Of a stretch of DNA of 64,000 nt, positions 1-18,721 are shown in pieces. Under the pieces are notes generated by a model that searched no databases, was not told the DNA's origin, and was given only the letters and a program-made list of their open reading frames with translations. The position numbers were made by a program, and so were the translations under genes. The stretch lies in the NCBI RefSeq assembly GCF_009914755.1, contig NC_060926.1, one strand, 5' to 3'. Within the stretch, counting starts at the first letter, position 1, and every line of letters begins with the position of its first letter. Source of the DNA: the human T2T-CHM13v2.0 reference genome, Homo sapiens.

Positions 1-1194
1 ACTTTTCCCACAATCTCTCCTACTTCTGTCTTCCATGCTGATTTTTCTTTAGTGGCTTTTCATTTTTTAGGCATTTCGTTTTTCCCAAGGGTCCAGAAAT
101 GATCCCTGCACCCTGCCCCGCACTCCCCGCCCCCAACTTTTCTATTCTCTCCACTGCTTTCAAAGAATGAGTGATGTCCAAGTAAGAAAGTCTGTTTCTT
201 CCCTAGTTAGGACCTGACTACCTACTCTGCGTTTTGTAAAGGACGGAACTTTTAAACCAAGTTTATAGAATTGTGTGCGATTTTAAGTAAATGAGGTCTT
301 ACTTTCTTTTCCTCCCTAACTTAGATTAGAAGTATATCAAAGCCCTTAAAATCCATTGCATTTTCTGATAAAATCTTTCTGCCAAATATGACTGGAAGGA
401 TGTGCTTTGGGTTAGATGGGCAAATTCTGTCATTTTTACAGTTATTCAAAATGCCTTACCTTCTGGCTTGATCTCTTCCTGTTTAACAGTTCTGTTCTAA
501 GGATCAGATGAGATCATGCATGTGAAAGGGCTTTCTAAACTGGGAAACACATTGTTAATGTGAGGGATGATTATTGCATTTGAACAAAGGCCCCAGCAAC
601 CCAAGTGATGTCAGAATTCAACTTTAGATAATAAAGCAACCTCCTATCTTCCTGTCTGTCTAACACCACCTCCAGAAGTTTGCATGAAGCTATTTGAGTT
701 AGAGAGATTTGGTGACTAACTTCATGCAGTGACTGCAATCCTTTCTCCTAATCCCTCATCCCCATATTATTCTCTCTCAGGATGGTGTGCCAGATCCTGA
801 GTTAGTCTTCAGGGCTAGACTTTGGGATATAGCATGGCAGGCAAGACACTTAATAGGATCTAGTTGTGGGGTAGGAGAGATTTCTTTTGTGCCATTTTCT
901 AATCCCCTTCCTCACAGGTTTTATCCTGGCAGTCCCCGTAAATTAAATTACATTTCAAAATCAAGTTCAATGAGGGTGAGGCCAGATATGGCTTCTGCCA
1001 AAATGGGCTGGCAGACCTGGGCAATTAAGCAGATAGCTTTGGTCTGTTGTGTTTTTCTTATTTATGGACTAAATACCAGAAATTATTATTTGTACCATGT
1101 GGGCAGCAAATCAGGAAATAGGTGTGAGATCATCACCATCAACCACAAACACTTACCAGATGCTTGATAAGCACAGGACCCTCTAAGCACTGGG

Positions 1195-1584
1195 GAGTAT
1201 TTTGTTGCATCCTCCCAAAATTCATATGTTGAAATTCCAACTCCCAGTACCTCAGAATGTAACTGCATTTGGAGATAAACACATAAAGAGGCAGTTAAGT
1301 TACAATGAGACTGTGGGGCAGGGGGAGAGGGGCTCAAATCCAGAATGACTTGTGTCCTTACATACACACACACAGAAAAGACACCAGCTGTACCTGCACA
1401 CAAAGAAAAGGCCGTGAGAGAAGATAGCTGTCTACAAGCCAAGGAGAGGCCTCAGGAGAAACCACACCTGCTGACACCTTCATCTTGGACTTCTAGCCTC
1501 CAGATCTATGAGAAATAAAATTTCTGTTGCATGAGCCACCCAGTCTGTGATACTTTGCTGTGGCAACCCTAGCAAACTAATACA
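1195..1584 (+). mobile_element. MaLR LTR (MLT1B-like)
   Basis: Starts with CCCAAAATTCATATGTTGAA...CCCAGTACCTCAGAATGT. Contains GCCAAGGAGAGGCCTCAGGAGAAAC...GACTTCTAGCCTCCAGA and ends CCCTAGCAAACTAATACA, all typical of MLT1. Confidence 0.8.
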
Positions 1585-2194
1585 GAGAATAAGAGGCTAC
1601 CTTGCCTCATATATAAACAGAGATATAAACAGATAGGAAGAGCTTTTGCAGTGGGAAACCCAATAAAATTAATCCTCACAACCCATACAACTCCACCCCA
1701 GCCAAAAAAACAAAATCCAAAACTTTTTTTCCCCAAATCAGCATTTTCTGAAATTGAAAGTCCTCTTATCCTTGGTCATTTCAACATTTGCCCTCCTTAC
1801 ATAGCTTTATTTGCTTTCTCTAGAGAAGGGTCAAGAGAAAGACTGCTTTCTAACTATGCCTATTTCTCCCTAATGGTGCTGTCATGAGTTAACTTAGAGA
1901 AACCACATTGAGAAGGCTGGGAATAGATAGATGGCAGAGTAAGTTGGTGATCCCTTTTGTTGGAGAAGAACTGCAATCCCAGAATTGGTTTGATTAGTAC
2001 CACTTCTGCTTTCCTCCTCTGCCAAGGAGTTTCAAATTCATTGCTGATGCTGTGTTCCTGTTTTTGTATTAGATGTATTATGATATTTCCCCATCTTAAT
2101 CTGTAGATTATCATCCTTAGAAAGCAAGTACTATTGCATATTTTGTTCAGCCTGTAGTGATGTGCAGATGTTCAGGCAACTCTGGATGACTTTG

Positions 2195-2527
2195 TTTATT
2201 TATTTTTTTTATTATTATTCTTTTTCTTTTTTTATTTCATTTCGAGACAGGGTCTCACTCTGTTGGCCAAACTGGAGTACAGTGACCCGATCACAGCTCA
2301 CTACAGCCTTGACCTCTGGGCTCAAGCAGTCTTCCTGCCTCACTCAGCCTCCTGAAGAGCTAGGATTACAGGTGTGCGCCAGCACACTGGCTAATTTTTG
2401 TATTTTTAGTAGAGAATGGGTTTCACCATGTTGCCCAGGCTAGTCTTGAACTCCCCAGACTGAAGTGATACACCTACCTTGGCCTCCCAAAGTGCTGGGA
2501 TTACAGACATGAGCCACTGCACCCAGC
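2195..2527 (-). mobile_element. Alu (AluJ-like)
   Basis: T-rich tail followed by GAGACAGGGTCTCACTCTG...CCCAAAGTGCTGGGATTACA. Confidence 0.9.
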
Positions 2528-2944
2528 TGTGGGTTTTTTTTTTTTTCTTCAATTCCTCTCTGTTTCTTTCATGTAAATATATTGTAGTTTGTTTATCAAA
2601 TTTGTTTGCAAATGAGTTGTTGCAAATGGAATGAACCTCATCAGGAATGATGAGGGGCCCTAATCTGAACTTCAAACTAAAATCAACAACACTCTTTTTT
2701 TAATGTGCTAAGAGTTTTGTCATTTTGGTTTCTTTGAGATTTAAGTGAAATTTATTTCTCCTTCAGTGTGATCTGCCTTTCAGCTTTTCAGTGGTTTTCT
2801 TCAGGTATGCTGTCCATTGTCATATGGGAACTAGTTCTACTTAGCCAAAAATAAGATGATTTCCCACACATCAAGCCAGAACACCTAAAAATAATTTTTT
2901 AACCAAATTTCTTTCAGTCAAAGTTTTTCAAAATACAGAAAATT

Positions 2945-3270
2945 CTTTTTTCTTTTCTTTCTTTTTTTTTAGAGATGGAGTCTTGCCCTGTCACCCAGGC
3001 TGGAGTGCAGTGGCGCAAACACAGCTCACTGCAGTCTTGACCTGTGCTCAAGCAGCCCTCCTGCCTCAGCCTCCCAAGTAGCTAGGACTACAGGCATGTG
3101 CCACCATATCCAGCTAATTTTTGTTTTTGTTTTTGTTTTTCTTTTTGTTTTTTTAGAGACAGGGTTTTTTCATGTTGCCCAGGCTGGTTGTGAACTCCTG
3201 AGCTCGGGCAATCTACACACCTTGGCCTCCCAAAGTGCTGAGATTACAGATATGAGCCACCACGCCCAGC
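2945..3270 (-). mobile_element. Alu (AluJ-like)
   Basis: Antisense Alu flanked by the direct repeat AAAATACAGAAAAT (TSD). Confidence 0.9.
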
Positions 3271-3302
3271 AAAATACAGAAAATCTTAACAGGTAACCAT
3301 TA

Positions 3303-3656
<354 letters not shown>

Positions 3657-3682
3657 CTAGGGTGTGATGTTTTGAGAAAACA

Positions 3683-4009
<327 letters not shown>

Positions 4010-4013
4010 TTAG

Positions 4014-4318
<305 letters not shown>

Positions 4319-5304
4319 ATATTTATTTATTTTGTACAGCCCTTTAATGCATGAGAAATTAGCCAGTTATTTAATTGCATTTAACTTTGAGTGTTTATAT
4401 AACTTGGCTACATTTTATTTTATTTTGTTGGATGTTTCTAAAATCCCTTTGTAAATGCTTAAGTGCTGGCGCTTACGTAAATCAATACGGAATCAGGTAT
4501 TTCTAATTAGTTCCCATTCTACCCTGTTCAATGTTTACCAGTTGGGTTTGAAAGTATCAAAACTCGGGAGTCAGATGTGAGTCAGGGGTTAGCCAGTGAT
4601 AGGTTGAATCAAAGAGCTGGGAATTATGGACTTCACATAATGAAGGAAAATCTCTAAGTTTCTTTCTTTTCTTTTTTTTTTTTTTTGTCTAGTAGTGAAA
4701 CAAAGATTGGTGGTACCTCTACCTTTTATTATCCACTGGCCTATAACAGGGAACAGAGTGTATGTCAGACTGCTTTGAAATCTCTAGGAAAAAAAGAATA
4801 GTGATTACTCTTGGTTTAGCTGTACATAATTCATCCAACCAAAGAACCACTCATTCTTGCAAGATCAAAACTGTTTTCTTCCTTTCAGAAACAAGGCAGG
4901 GTGGCCTGGGCCAAAATACATGTTCCTTTTGACCACATATTGGCAGGACAGGAATATCTATCTAGCTAAATTATGGCTCTAGCTTTTTTCTAACCAAGAA
5001 ATCTCAAACCAAAAGAAGAACCTCTGGGTCCTATTCTTGGCACATTCCCACTTTCTCTCTTCTTGGAAAGTTAAACAACTTTGAGTGGATAGTGTTTTTA
5101 GAATCTCATTGCCTTGTTAACGCACAGGCCCTGAGCCTGCAGATAAAAATGGAACCACAGCAGTAGGAGGGTATGTGTGTGTATGTGTAAATTCAGACTT
5201 TGGTTTTTATTGAGATTATCTTGCTAATGCCCCCTTTGTAAGGTTCCCTAGGTTTTCTTGATGTCTAGCAGCCTTGGTAACTGAGTGATTAGAAAGGCAT
5301 GGAA

Positions 5305-5430
5305 GCCAGGTGTGTTGGCATGCACCTATAATCCCAGCTACTTGGGAGGCCAAGCCAGGGGGATTGCTTGACCCAAAGAATTCAAGACCAGCCTGGGCAA
5401 CATACCAAGACCCCATCAGAAAAAAAATAC
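5305..5430 (+). mobile_element. Alu monomer (FLAM-like)
   Basis: Single-arm Alu flanked by AGAAAGGCATGG at 5291-5302 and 5440-5451. Confidence 0.8.
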
Positions 5431-5450
5431 TTTTTAAAAAGAAAGGCATG

Positions 5451-5826
<376 letters not shown>

Positions 5827-6244
5827 TCAGCAAATCTGAATAACTGAAAATATTTTACCTATGGATCTGTGTGTGTATCTTATAGGAATTATAGAGTAAG
5901 GAGAAGGATTTGCCTTTGTTACTTTTCTGATTCTTTTATATCTTGTGCTTTGCAGGGTTTGGTCCTACACCCACTAGCCCCAGTCCCTCTTAATGCTTTA
6001 AGGCAGACTACATGGTTCATTCTTCCTGGGAGAAAATAAATCTCTTGATTTTTAAGTAATAGAAAGGTGTTAATGACCTCTCCTGGGAGTATTTATGTGT
6101 TTAAAACATAACCTAGGCTGAGGGCAGTAGTCCTGGTCATCAAAGGAAGGGAAATATTTGGGAATAAAAATATTTTTCTGCCTTAATTGCACCATAGGGT
6201 ATGATTTTCCAAAGTAGTGTGAAGTCACAGTTAAAGTTCCTCCC

Positions 6245-6614
<370 letters not shown>

Positions 6615-6764
6615 TCACATTAACCAGTTTAAGTTCACTTTATTTTTCCATCTTGTGGAAATATCTAAAAGATGGAGCAACACAGGTGGCAGAAGAGAAG
6701 CAGCAGAGGACCTGGATAATCTCTGAATAATTAAGATCTGATGTTATTTTATTTTAAAAATGCC

Positions 6765-7038
6765 TTTTGTTTGTTTGTTTGTTTGTTTGTTTTTGAGACA
6801 GAGTCTCACTCTGTCGCCCAGCCTGGAGTGTAGTGGTACCATCTCAGCTCACTGCAACCTCCGCCTCCTGGGTTCAAGTGATTCTTGTGCTTCAGCCACA
6901 TGAGTAGCTGGGGTTACAGGTTTGTGCCACCAAGCCCGGCTAATTTTTGTATTTTTAGTGGAGATGGGGTTTTACTATGTGAGCCAGGCTGGTCTCAAAC
7001 TCCTGGCCTCAAGCAATCCACCTGCCTTGGCCTCCCAA
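6765..7038 (-). mobile_element. Alu, 5'-truncated, with (TTTG)n tail
   Basis: Antisense Alu that stops at GGCCTCCCAA. Confidence 0.88.
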
Positions 7039-7985
7039 TTTTGCCATTTTATATTAAACCTGTGTGTGTCCCTTGGAAAGTTGATCACTTAGATTTGTTT
7101 AGCAGTCACTTACATCAGTGGTAGATCTGAAATTTCCTAGATACCAAATGTCTCTTTCTTCCTTGAGTTTCTAGTAAGCCATTTGAAAGTTCATGTTTCC
7201 CGTAAAGTTTATTTTTGAATACAAGAATTTATGGGAATGCAGGCTTTTTAATTTTTAAGCATTCTAACACTGTCATCAGGTTGTCGTCACAAAAATCCTT
7301 TGAAATGCCTGAATGACATCTCCAGGAAAATCACTAATTGTCCAGTGATGATTAATGTTTTTGTATTACACTAATACTGTAATACTTAGTCCTTTTCTAG
7401 GAGATTGTGAGAATATGGATAAACACTTCCTCTAGAAGATTCTGTGACTCTGAAAGCACCTGGTAGGTGCTGAGGCACTGCTCTGTTCATTTATTAGAGT
7501 AAATTCTGTTACTTCCTGCAGACTCTATCTTAGTCCCACATAGCTCTCATCACGATATGGGTATCTATTGAGTTTGGGGGTGAGTCATTTTAATTTAATT
7601 GCTCAGTAATTAAGTTGCAGTCCTAGACTGACTGATGTCAGTCCTTTTTCAGCCTCAGTAGGATGACTTGCGTTGTGATTTGCAGTATGATTTTTTTTCT
7701 GTTTTGTTAGCATGCTCTCTGAACATAGTAGATGTGGGACTTATTGGCTATTGTGTTTGAAATGAGGCTATGTCTAGATAAAAATGGTCTGAATAAGGAC
7801 CATTGGTAGTAATAGTTATTGTTTAAAAAAAAACTTTGTCAAAGGCTAAAGAAAAAATATTATGTCACAAATTTTCTTTTTGTAAAGTATTGTTTTAAGA
7901 TACAGCATAAACTATCCATTGTATAAGAACAGGTTATAGCAACAAGGCCATGTTTCAGTTGTCCAGGACTTTTGATGCAAATTCT

Positions 7986-10750
<2,765 letters not shown>

Positions 10751-10897
10751 GCAAATTCTTAATGAAATCTCATCTTAGTTGTTGATGTTGTTGTTCTTCC
10801 TCCTCCTTCTCCTACTCTTCTGCCTACCTCCCTCCCTCCCTCCTTCCCTTCCTTGCATTCTTAAGATATCAAAGTGCTACCATATAAGATATTTCAA

Positions 10898-11222
<325 letters not shown>

Positions 11223-12120
11223 TCAAATATTGGTTCTAGCTTATCCTATTATTTAATACTTGGAGGGCAACCTTCTTACCAACCTAGGCATGATGACAGG
11301 CCTTGCTCTGCTCAACCTTGGAGTTTGTATTTGGTGATTCTATGCTTCGGCAGTCTGAAGAGACTTAGCTTTATGTGTGTACTGTTGGCTTTGTGAACCA
11401 GAAGAAATAGTGATTGAGACCAGTAAATAAAATAGGAAATGAAGAAACGATACCCTACATAGAAAATATTGGAAATATCAGAAGAATTAATATAATAACC
11501 TCTCTCTCCTCTTGCCTGAACCCAACTGTAAGGAGTGACACAATTTTTTGAGAACAGCCCCACAGGACATGGAATAAGACAGAGAAGGGAAGATAATGAA
11601 TAGGAAAGGACAAATGGAAAATAATCAGCACAGTTTTCAGGAAAATATAAAATTTTAATTGGGGCCAGTGGTTCCTTAGGAAGGAAGTTGGGTGATCTTT
11701 TGCTACAGAGAAGCTATTTCTGGGATTCCAGGTCTCTTGAAGTAAAGGAGCAGTATCAATGATAATTGTAAGAAAGCCACAGAAAGTGTGGGAATGAGTG
11801 GTGAACACAGGTTTACTTATGAAGATGTTTTGAACTTCTCTGGCAGGCAATGTTCAGTGCTACTGGGTTTCTTATTTATTATTTAATTGCCCTTCAAGGA
11901 GCCATTGCCAATTTTAATGTCTGCCATATGTGTTCATTCTTGAGTGCTTGCTCTCCCTCTTCCTCTTTCTCTCTTTCTCTCCCCTCCTTCCGCTGTGGTT
12001 AAACACAGAAGACAGTTGCAGAGTTGTGGGTCAAAGGGTTATTTTAAGCATATGAAAGGACAGCCCAAACAGAGGATAGGCTTTATGGCCAAAGTTTGTG
12101 CTCAATAAAGAGTCCCTTTG

Positions 12121-12413
12121 AGCCGGGCGCCGTGGCTTACGCCTGTAATCCCAGCACTTTGGGAGGCCGAGGCGGGTGGATCACGAGGTCAGGAGATCGA
12201 GATCATCCTGGCTAACACGGTGAAACCCCTTCTCTACTAAAAATATAAAAAATTAGCCGGGCGTGGTGGTGGGTGCCTGTAGTCCCAGCTATTCAGGAGG
12301 CTGAGGCAGGAGAACGGCGTGAACCCGGGAGGCGGAGCTTGCAATGAGCCGAGATCGCGCCAGTGAGCGAGACTCTGTCTCAAAAAAAAAAAAAAACAAA
12401 CAAAAAAACAAAC
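12121..12413 (+). mobile_element. AluY-like element with an internal deletion near its 3' end
   Basis: CpG-rich, with GGCGTGAACCCGGGAGGCGGAGCTTGCA. The CACTCCAGCCTGGGCGAC segment is missing. TSD AAGAGTCCCTTTG. Confidence 0.9.
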
Positions 12414-12482
12414 AAGAGTCCCTTTGTGTCAACAAATGAAATTAAAAGAAAAATCTGGGGTAATAAGCTTTATGAAACATAG

Positions 12483-12743
<261 letters not shown>

Positions 12744-13724
12744 TAAAAGAAAACACAAGACATTAGAGCCAACATTGCCAATGTTGTATTATAATCCTAA
12801 ATATGATCCATAAATTAGAGGATAAAGCGTTGTGAAAATTTTGCATGGGAAGTAGTATTACTGTAGAAAATATAGGACTGTTGTTTTATTTTATGTTGAA
12901 TTTGTTCTAAATGGTTCTATTCAAGTATTTAATATGTGATAAGTCTTTTATTTTCTAGTTTAAGCATTTTGTCACTGTAGTATTGTTTTGCAGAAGAATT
13001 GCTCAGAACCTAGTTAAGGAGGTTTTTAAAATGGACAATAATACTCAAAGAGGTTATTTAGTGTGTAGATGGATAAAACCAAACATTTGCTTACTAACAG
13101 CCTTCAGTTATTCTGTAAACTAATAATCAATTATGCTCTCTAACCTTGCTAGGAAGTGAGTTAAAGCTAAAGCATTAAAGATTTAGGCTTGACCAGTAAG
13201 TTTCCTGAGGAGTGTTGAGTGGTTACCAGGGAAGGAGTTCATTAGGAATATGTGAGATGGCCTTGTCAGGAGGTGTTAGAGCTGGCTCGGTTTTTTTGTT
13301 GGTTTGGAGAGGGAATCCTCTCACGGATTTTGTCATAGGATTTTGTGGCTTTTTAACATTTGCACTTGGAGAGACAAAAATTTGAATATTTTGCCTTTGC
13401 TTTCCATTGTAATTTGGAATGGCTATTTAAACCGTTGAGTTTAATACACTGCTGTACTCCCCAGGATCACAAAGTACATGTTCTTGACAATGATGTGCTT
13501 GCTTATCTGCTAGCCACATTCTGACTCTACTCCATACTGCATCCTTTACTGAAAAGAAGCTAGTTTGATTCTTGACTCAGATACTTAAATACAGGAATTT
13601 TAGTCTTGTCATCTCTTATTTTTATCACCAGTTAAGCCCAAGATGACCATGAAAACAGTAACAAGTGTTTCAGATTGCTCTTGTACCTTCTGCCTCTGGC
13701 TTGATAAGCATCACATCTGCCTGC

Positions 13725-14416
<692 letters not shown>

Positions 14417-14791
14417 GACTTCTTTATTTAGCCTACTCTTTCTCTAGTATTTGGCATCCCTCAAAAATAAACTGAGCTTCATTCATACATAGAGATCCAA
14501 TCACAAATGAGTCCTGAAACCTACAACAAACTAATGATCCCTTAGAAAAGATCCTGGCTATTTTTAAACATGCCTTACTCAGTTGCTCCTATCTCTATGA
14601 ATATTGTTCCTGGTAATTTCTTTGCCTACATAGAAAACCAGGTTATTTATTACTGTAACTTACTTTCACTGAGGTGAAATATAGGCTACATCATCTTTTT
14701 TATCAATGTCCTTAATATATATGTTAGTTACTGGTAATCACTAATTTCTAGACCATTGTGTCCAAGGCCAGATGTTTTAAAAATTGTTTTA

Positions 14792-15082
14792 GGTCAGACA
14801 CAGTGGCTCACGCCTGTAATCCCAGCTCTTTGAAGGCCAAGGCAGGCAGATCACTTGAGGTCAGGAGTTCGAGACCAGCCTGGCCAACATGACGACACCC
14901 TGTCTCTATTGAAAAAAAATACAAAAATTAGCCAGGCGTGGTAGTGCACACCTGTAATCCCAGCCACTCAGGAGGCTGAGGCAGGAGGATTGCCTGAACC
15001 TGGGAGGCAAAGGTTGCAGATTGGGCCACTGTACTCCAACCTGGGCGACAGAGCGAGACTCTTGTCTCAAAAAAAAAAAAAT
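14792..15082 (+). mobile_element. Alu (AluS)
   Basis: TSD AAAATTGTTTTA. Confidence 0.9.
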
Positions 15083-15627
15083 TGTTTTAAAGTCAAACTA
15101 AAGCCCTCAATAAAACTGAATGAAGAACAGGCTTTCACATCTGAGACCTCTTCTGAATTTTGCCAACTGAACTGCCTAATTTGTCATAAATCTGCTTTTC
15201 TTTCCAAAAGGAGATAACCCCTCCTAGAGCTTGAACACTTAATTAGTATTCTTTCTTTGTTTAAACTTGGTTTTTGCTTTGGACTAAATGAAAACTTGGC
15301 AAAGTTTCTAAGCTCACATATGAGACTGCACTTCTCTCCTATCCAAATACATGTTTGAGGACAGGACTCCTGTAGGCAAGGAAAGCTGCCTTCCCTGTCT
15401 GTGGAAGCCTTTCATCCAAGAGGCCCCTTCTTTCCCTTTGTACTTATTTCTCCTTGGGAGATGTTCACTGTCATCAGTGTAGACTCAGCTTAGCAGCTTA
15501 GCAACAGCAAAACCAACTCCTGAATGTTCTTTTGGCTGATGGCAAAGTGACACCCTCCTTCTGAAGAAGCTTGTTGGCCTGCCTTTAACTACCACTTTGG
15601 AGATGGGGGTAGGAAATGCCATAGTAT

Positions 15628-16484
15628 CGTAGGGGACGAAAAAGTTTTTCTCTGCCTTCTTAGGTTCATGTATAAGGCCTGCAAATTAAACTGACAAAAG
15701 ATTCACAGGAGAAAAAAAATTATAAATTTTGCTGATGGTAAGTATTTTTAATTTTATATGCACACAAGCTTAACAGAAAAAAAAAAAAAAGAAAATCCAA
15801 AGAGGCAGTTAGACTTGAAAGCTTGCATACCATTTTAACAAAGGATGATAAATTGTGGAGAGAAGTGACTAGACATAGGAAGAAGGGTTTGGTCTTCTAA
15901 AGGTGGTAAATTATGGGAATTAAGTATATGGTGAATCTAATAGTAGATAAGAGTTATTTTACTAAGGTTTGGGCAGACTCATCATGGTGTCAGCTTTCCA
16001 TCTTTTTCATGCCCATAAAACTTCCCCAGAGAGGGATTTATGGCAGTTCTCACCCTCTCTTTTTTTTTGAGACAAGGTCTCACCAAGGTTGCTAGGCTCA
16101 CTCCACCTCTTGGGTTCAAGCAATCCTCCCACCTCAGCCTTCCAAGTAGCTAGGACTACAGGTGCGCACCACCATGTCTGGCTTTTTTAAATTTTTTATT
16201 TTTTATTTTTAGAGATAGAGTTTCATTATTATTGCCCAGGCTGGTATTGAACTCCTGGCTTCAAGTGATCCTCCTGCGTCAGCCTCCCAAAATGCTGGGG
16301 TTACAGGCATGAGCCACCATGCCTGGCCTGGCAGTTCTCATTTTTTAGAAGTTTCTGCTCTTGGCCAGATAAGGGAAACTCCAAGACTTATTTTTCCATC
16401 TGTTGAGTCTCAATTGCCTTCAGCACAAAGTAACCTATAGGCCAAAGTGGCAAAGTTGGGGCTGGTATATTCTGATACTTTTCA
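15628..16484 (-). mobile_element. ERV1 LTR (MER34-group-like), interrupted by an antisense Alu at ~16060-16329
   Basis: The reverse strand begins TGAAAAGTATCAGAATATACCAGCCCCAACTTTGCCACTTTGGC, resembling the MER34-group 5' end. The inserted Alu is flanked by GGCAGTTCTCA. Confidence 0.65.
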
Positions 16485-16789
16485 GTAGTTAGGAAAATAC
16501 AGAGAAAAGAACATTGACTTAGTGACTGTCATCAACAGAGGGACATTAATTAGCCACATCATTTAACATGCCTGGGGCTTAATTTAATTATCTAGAAAAC
16601 AAGGCAATTGGATTATATGCTCTGTAAGGATTCATACTGCTCTAAATTACTTGATTATTGTTCTGAAGGATTTTGAATGTAGTTGCTCCTAGATACATAA
16701 AATTTATCCTTGTCTCTCAAGATAATGCAGATGTAGAATTTGTCTAGTGTGCATGAAATTCCTGCTGCCATAACTCAGAGATCTTATGA

Positions 16790-17000
16790 CTGGGCAACAT
16801 ACTGATCCTCCCCCTACCCCCATCTCTACAAAAAAAAAAAAAAATTTTTTTTTTTAGTTAACTGGGCATGGTTGCATACCTGTAGTCCTAGCTACTCAGG
16901 AGGCTGAGGTGGGAGGATCACTTTAGCCCAGGAGTTTGAGGCTACAGTGAGCTATGATCATGCCACTGCACTCCAGCCTGGAAACAGAGGGGGAAAAAAA
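16790..17000 (+). mobile_element. Partial Alu (AluJ-like) with an A15T11 linker
   Basis: CTGGGCAACATA...linker...right arm GAGGCTGAGGTGGGAGGATCAC. Confidence 0.8.
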
Positions 17001-17581
17001 TCTTATTTTTTGATATCTACCATCTACCTAACCTAGGATTGATTGACCAATCCTAACAGTGATTGAAGGGAACGTATTTAAGGGAGCTGTGAGGAGGGTT
17101 GGCTTGCAGCAAGTGGAGGGACCCCAGAAATGTTTGTTGTTATTTCAAGATCTGGTTATCTTTCAGTTATCTGGCTCATGTTTCCCAAGCAACTTGTCAC
17201 AATTTCTGGCATAACCACTAAATCCAAGTTAGCTCACTTCCCAGACTAACTCAGAGTCCATCAGAGTCAGTCAAAATTCTCCTTTCATTTTTGTAATCCA
17301 AGGTGCTGTGGAGACAGTATGGACTTCGGCGTCATCCAGAGCTGAGAGTTCCCACAGTCTGATTCTGCCTTTATATGGTATTTATTTTTGATACAGGTTA
17401 ACCTCTTTGTGCCTCAGGGTCCTCATTTTTAAAACAGCACTACTCAAGTTCTTACCTTAAAAATTATTAGAGGATCCAATGAGATGACAAAGAGGAAGAG
17501 CTTCTCATATGCCTCCTAGTGAGAACATCTGACATTTGTACGCCTCTTATTTATCAATATGAAACACCATCATAAAAGCAC

Positions 17582-17876
17582 TTTTTTTTTTTTTTGAGAT
17601 GGACTCTCACTCTCTCCCCCAGGCTGGAGTGCAGTGGCCCGATCTCGGCTCACTGCAAGCTCCGACTTTCGGGTTCACGCCATTCTCCTGCCTCAGCCTC
17701 CTGAGTAGCTGGGACTCACAGGTGCCCGCACCTGCGCCTGGCTAATTTTTTATATTTTTAGTAGAGACGGGGTTTCACCGTGTTAGCCAGGATGGTCTCG
17801 ATCTCCTGACCTTGTGATCTGCCCGCCTCGGCCTCCCAAAGTGCTGGGATTACAGGTGTGAGCCACTGCGCCTGGC
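17582..17876 (-). mobile_element. AluY
   Basis: GCAAGCTCCG...GGGTTCACGCCATTCTCC and TTAGCCAGGATGGTCTCGATCTCC diagnostics. TSD CATAAAAGCACTTTT. Confidence 0.92.
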
Positions 17877-18057
17877 ATAAAAGCACTTTTATTTAGGGCA
17901 TTATGTGGATATGCTTTGCTGGGTAAAATATCACTTCGATATTAAGGTCTGAGCTGGGCTTGCTGGATTGGGACCCTGGGTATTTTGAGTTTGGTCATGC
18001 CAGATGGCCTTGGCTATCTTGTGGTTTCCCTCTAAAATATCCTTTTATGTTTTCCAG

Positions 18058-18168
18058 GAATCTGAATTTCTGTGTTTGGAATTTGATGAGGTCAAAGTCA
18101 ACCAAATTCTGAAGACGCTGTCAGAGGTAGAAGAAAGTATCAGCACACTGATCAGCCAGCCTAACTGA
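18058..18168 (+). CDS. COMMD1: Terminal coding exon of COMMD1 (COMM domain-containing protein 1 / MURR1), 36 aa plus stop
   Basis: After the AG acceptor it reads in phase 0 as ESEFLCLEFDEVKVNQILKTLSEVEESISTLISQPN*, which I recognise as the human COMMD1 C-terminus. TGA at 18166-18168. Confidence 0.95.
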   Translation, partial: ESEFLCLEFDEVKVNQILKTLSEVEESISTLISQPN

Positions 18169-18264
18169 AGATGATGTATGAAGGAGTTGGAGTTGTTGAA
18201 ACCAAGGTGTCCATGATCCCTCCCCACTGACCTTTTCTAAGAAAATTCTTGTGCCCGCATTGGT

Positions 18265-18270
18265 ATTAAA
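18265..18270 (+). terminator. COMMD1: COMMD1 polyadenylation signal (ATTAAA variant)
   Basis: ATTAAA lies ~100 nt after the stop, followed by a U-rich downstream element (TTTCTTTTTTTCTAGCTTTCATTT, ~18308-18331). Confidence 0.7.
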
Positions 18271-18390
18271 TCCTCGCATTCAGTCTTCCTGCCTCTACTT
18301 GCTCAGATTTCTTTTTTTCTAGCTTTCATTTAGTCTTACATTTGTTCCAGTGCAGAGGTTCTCACCCTTCAGTGTGCATAAATGTTATAA

Positions 18391-18721
<331 letters not shown>

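Noticed and set aside
787-1167. 126-aa ORF in unique intronic DNA
   Set aside because: It starts at GTG, has no recognisable domain, and this length is expected by chance in 64 kb.
18045-18227. 60-aa minus-strand ORF
   Set aside because: It is the antisense shadow of the COMMD1 terminal exon.
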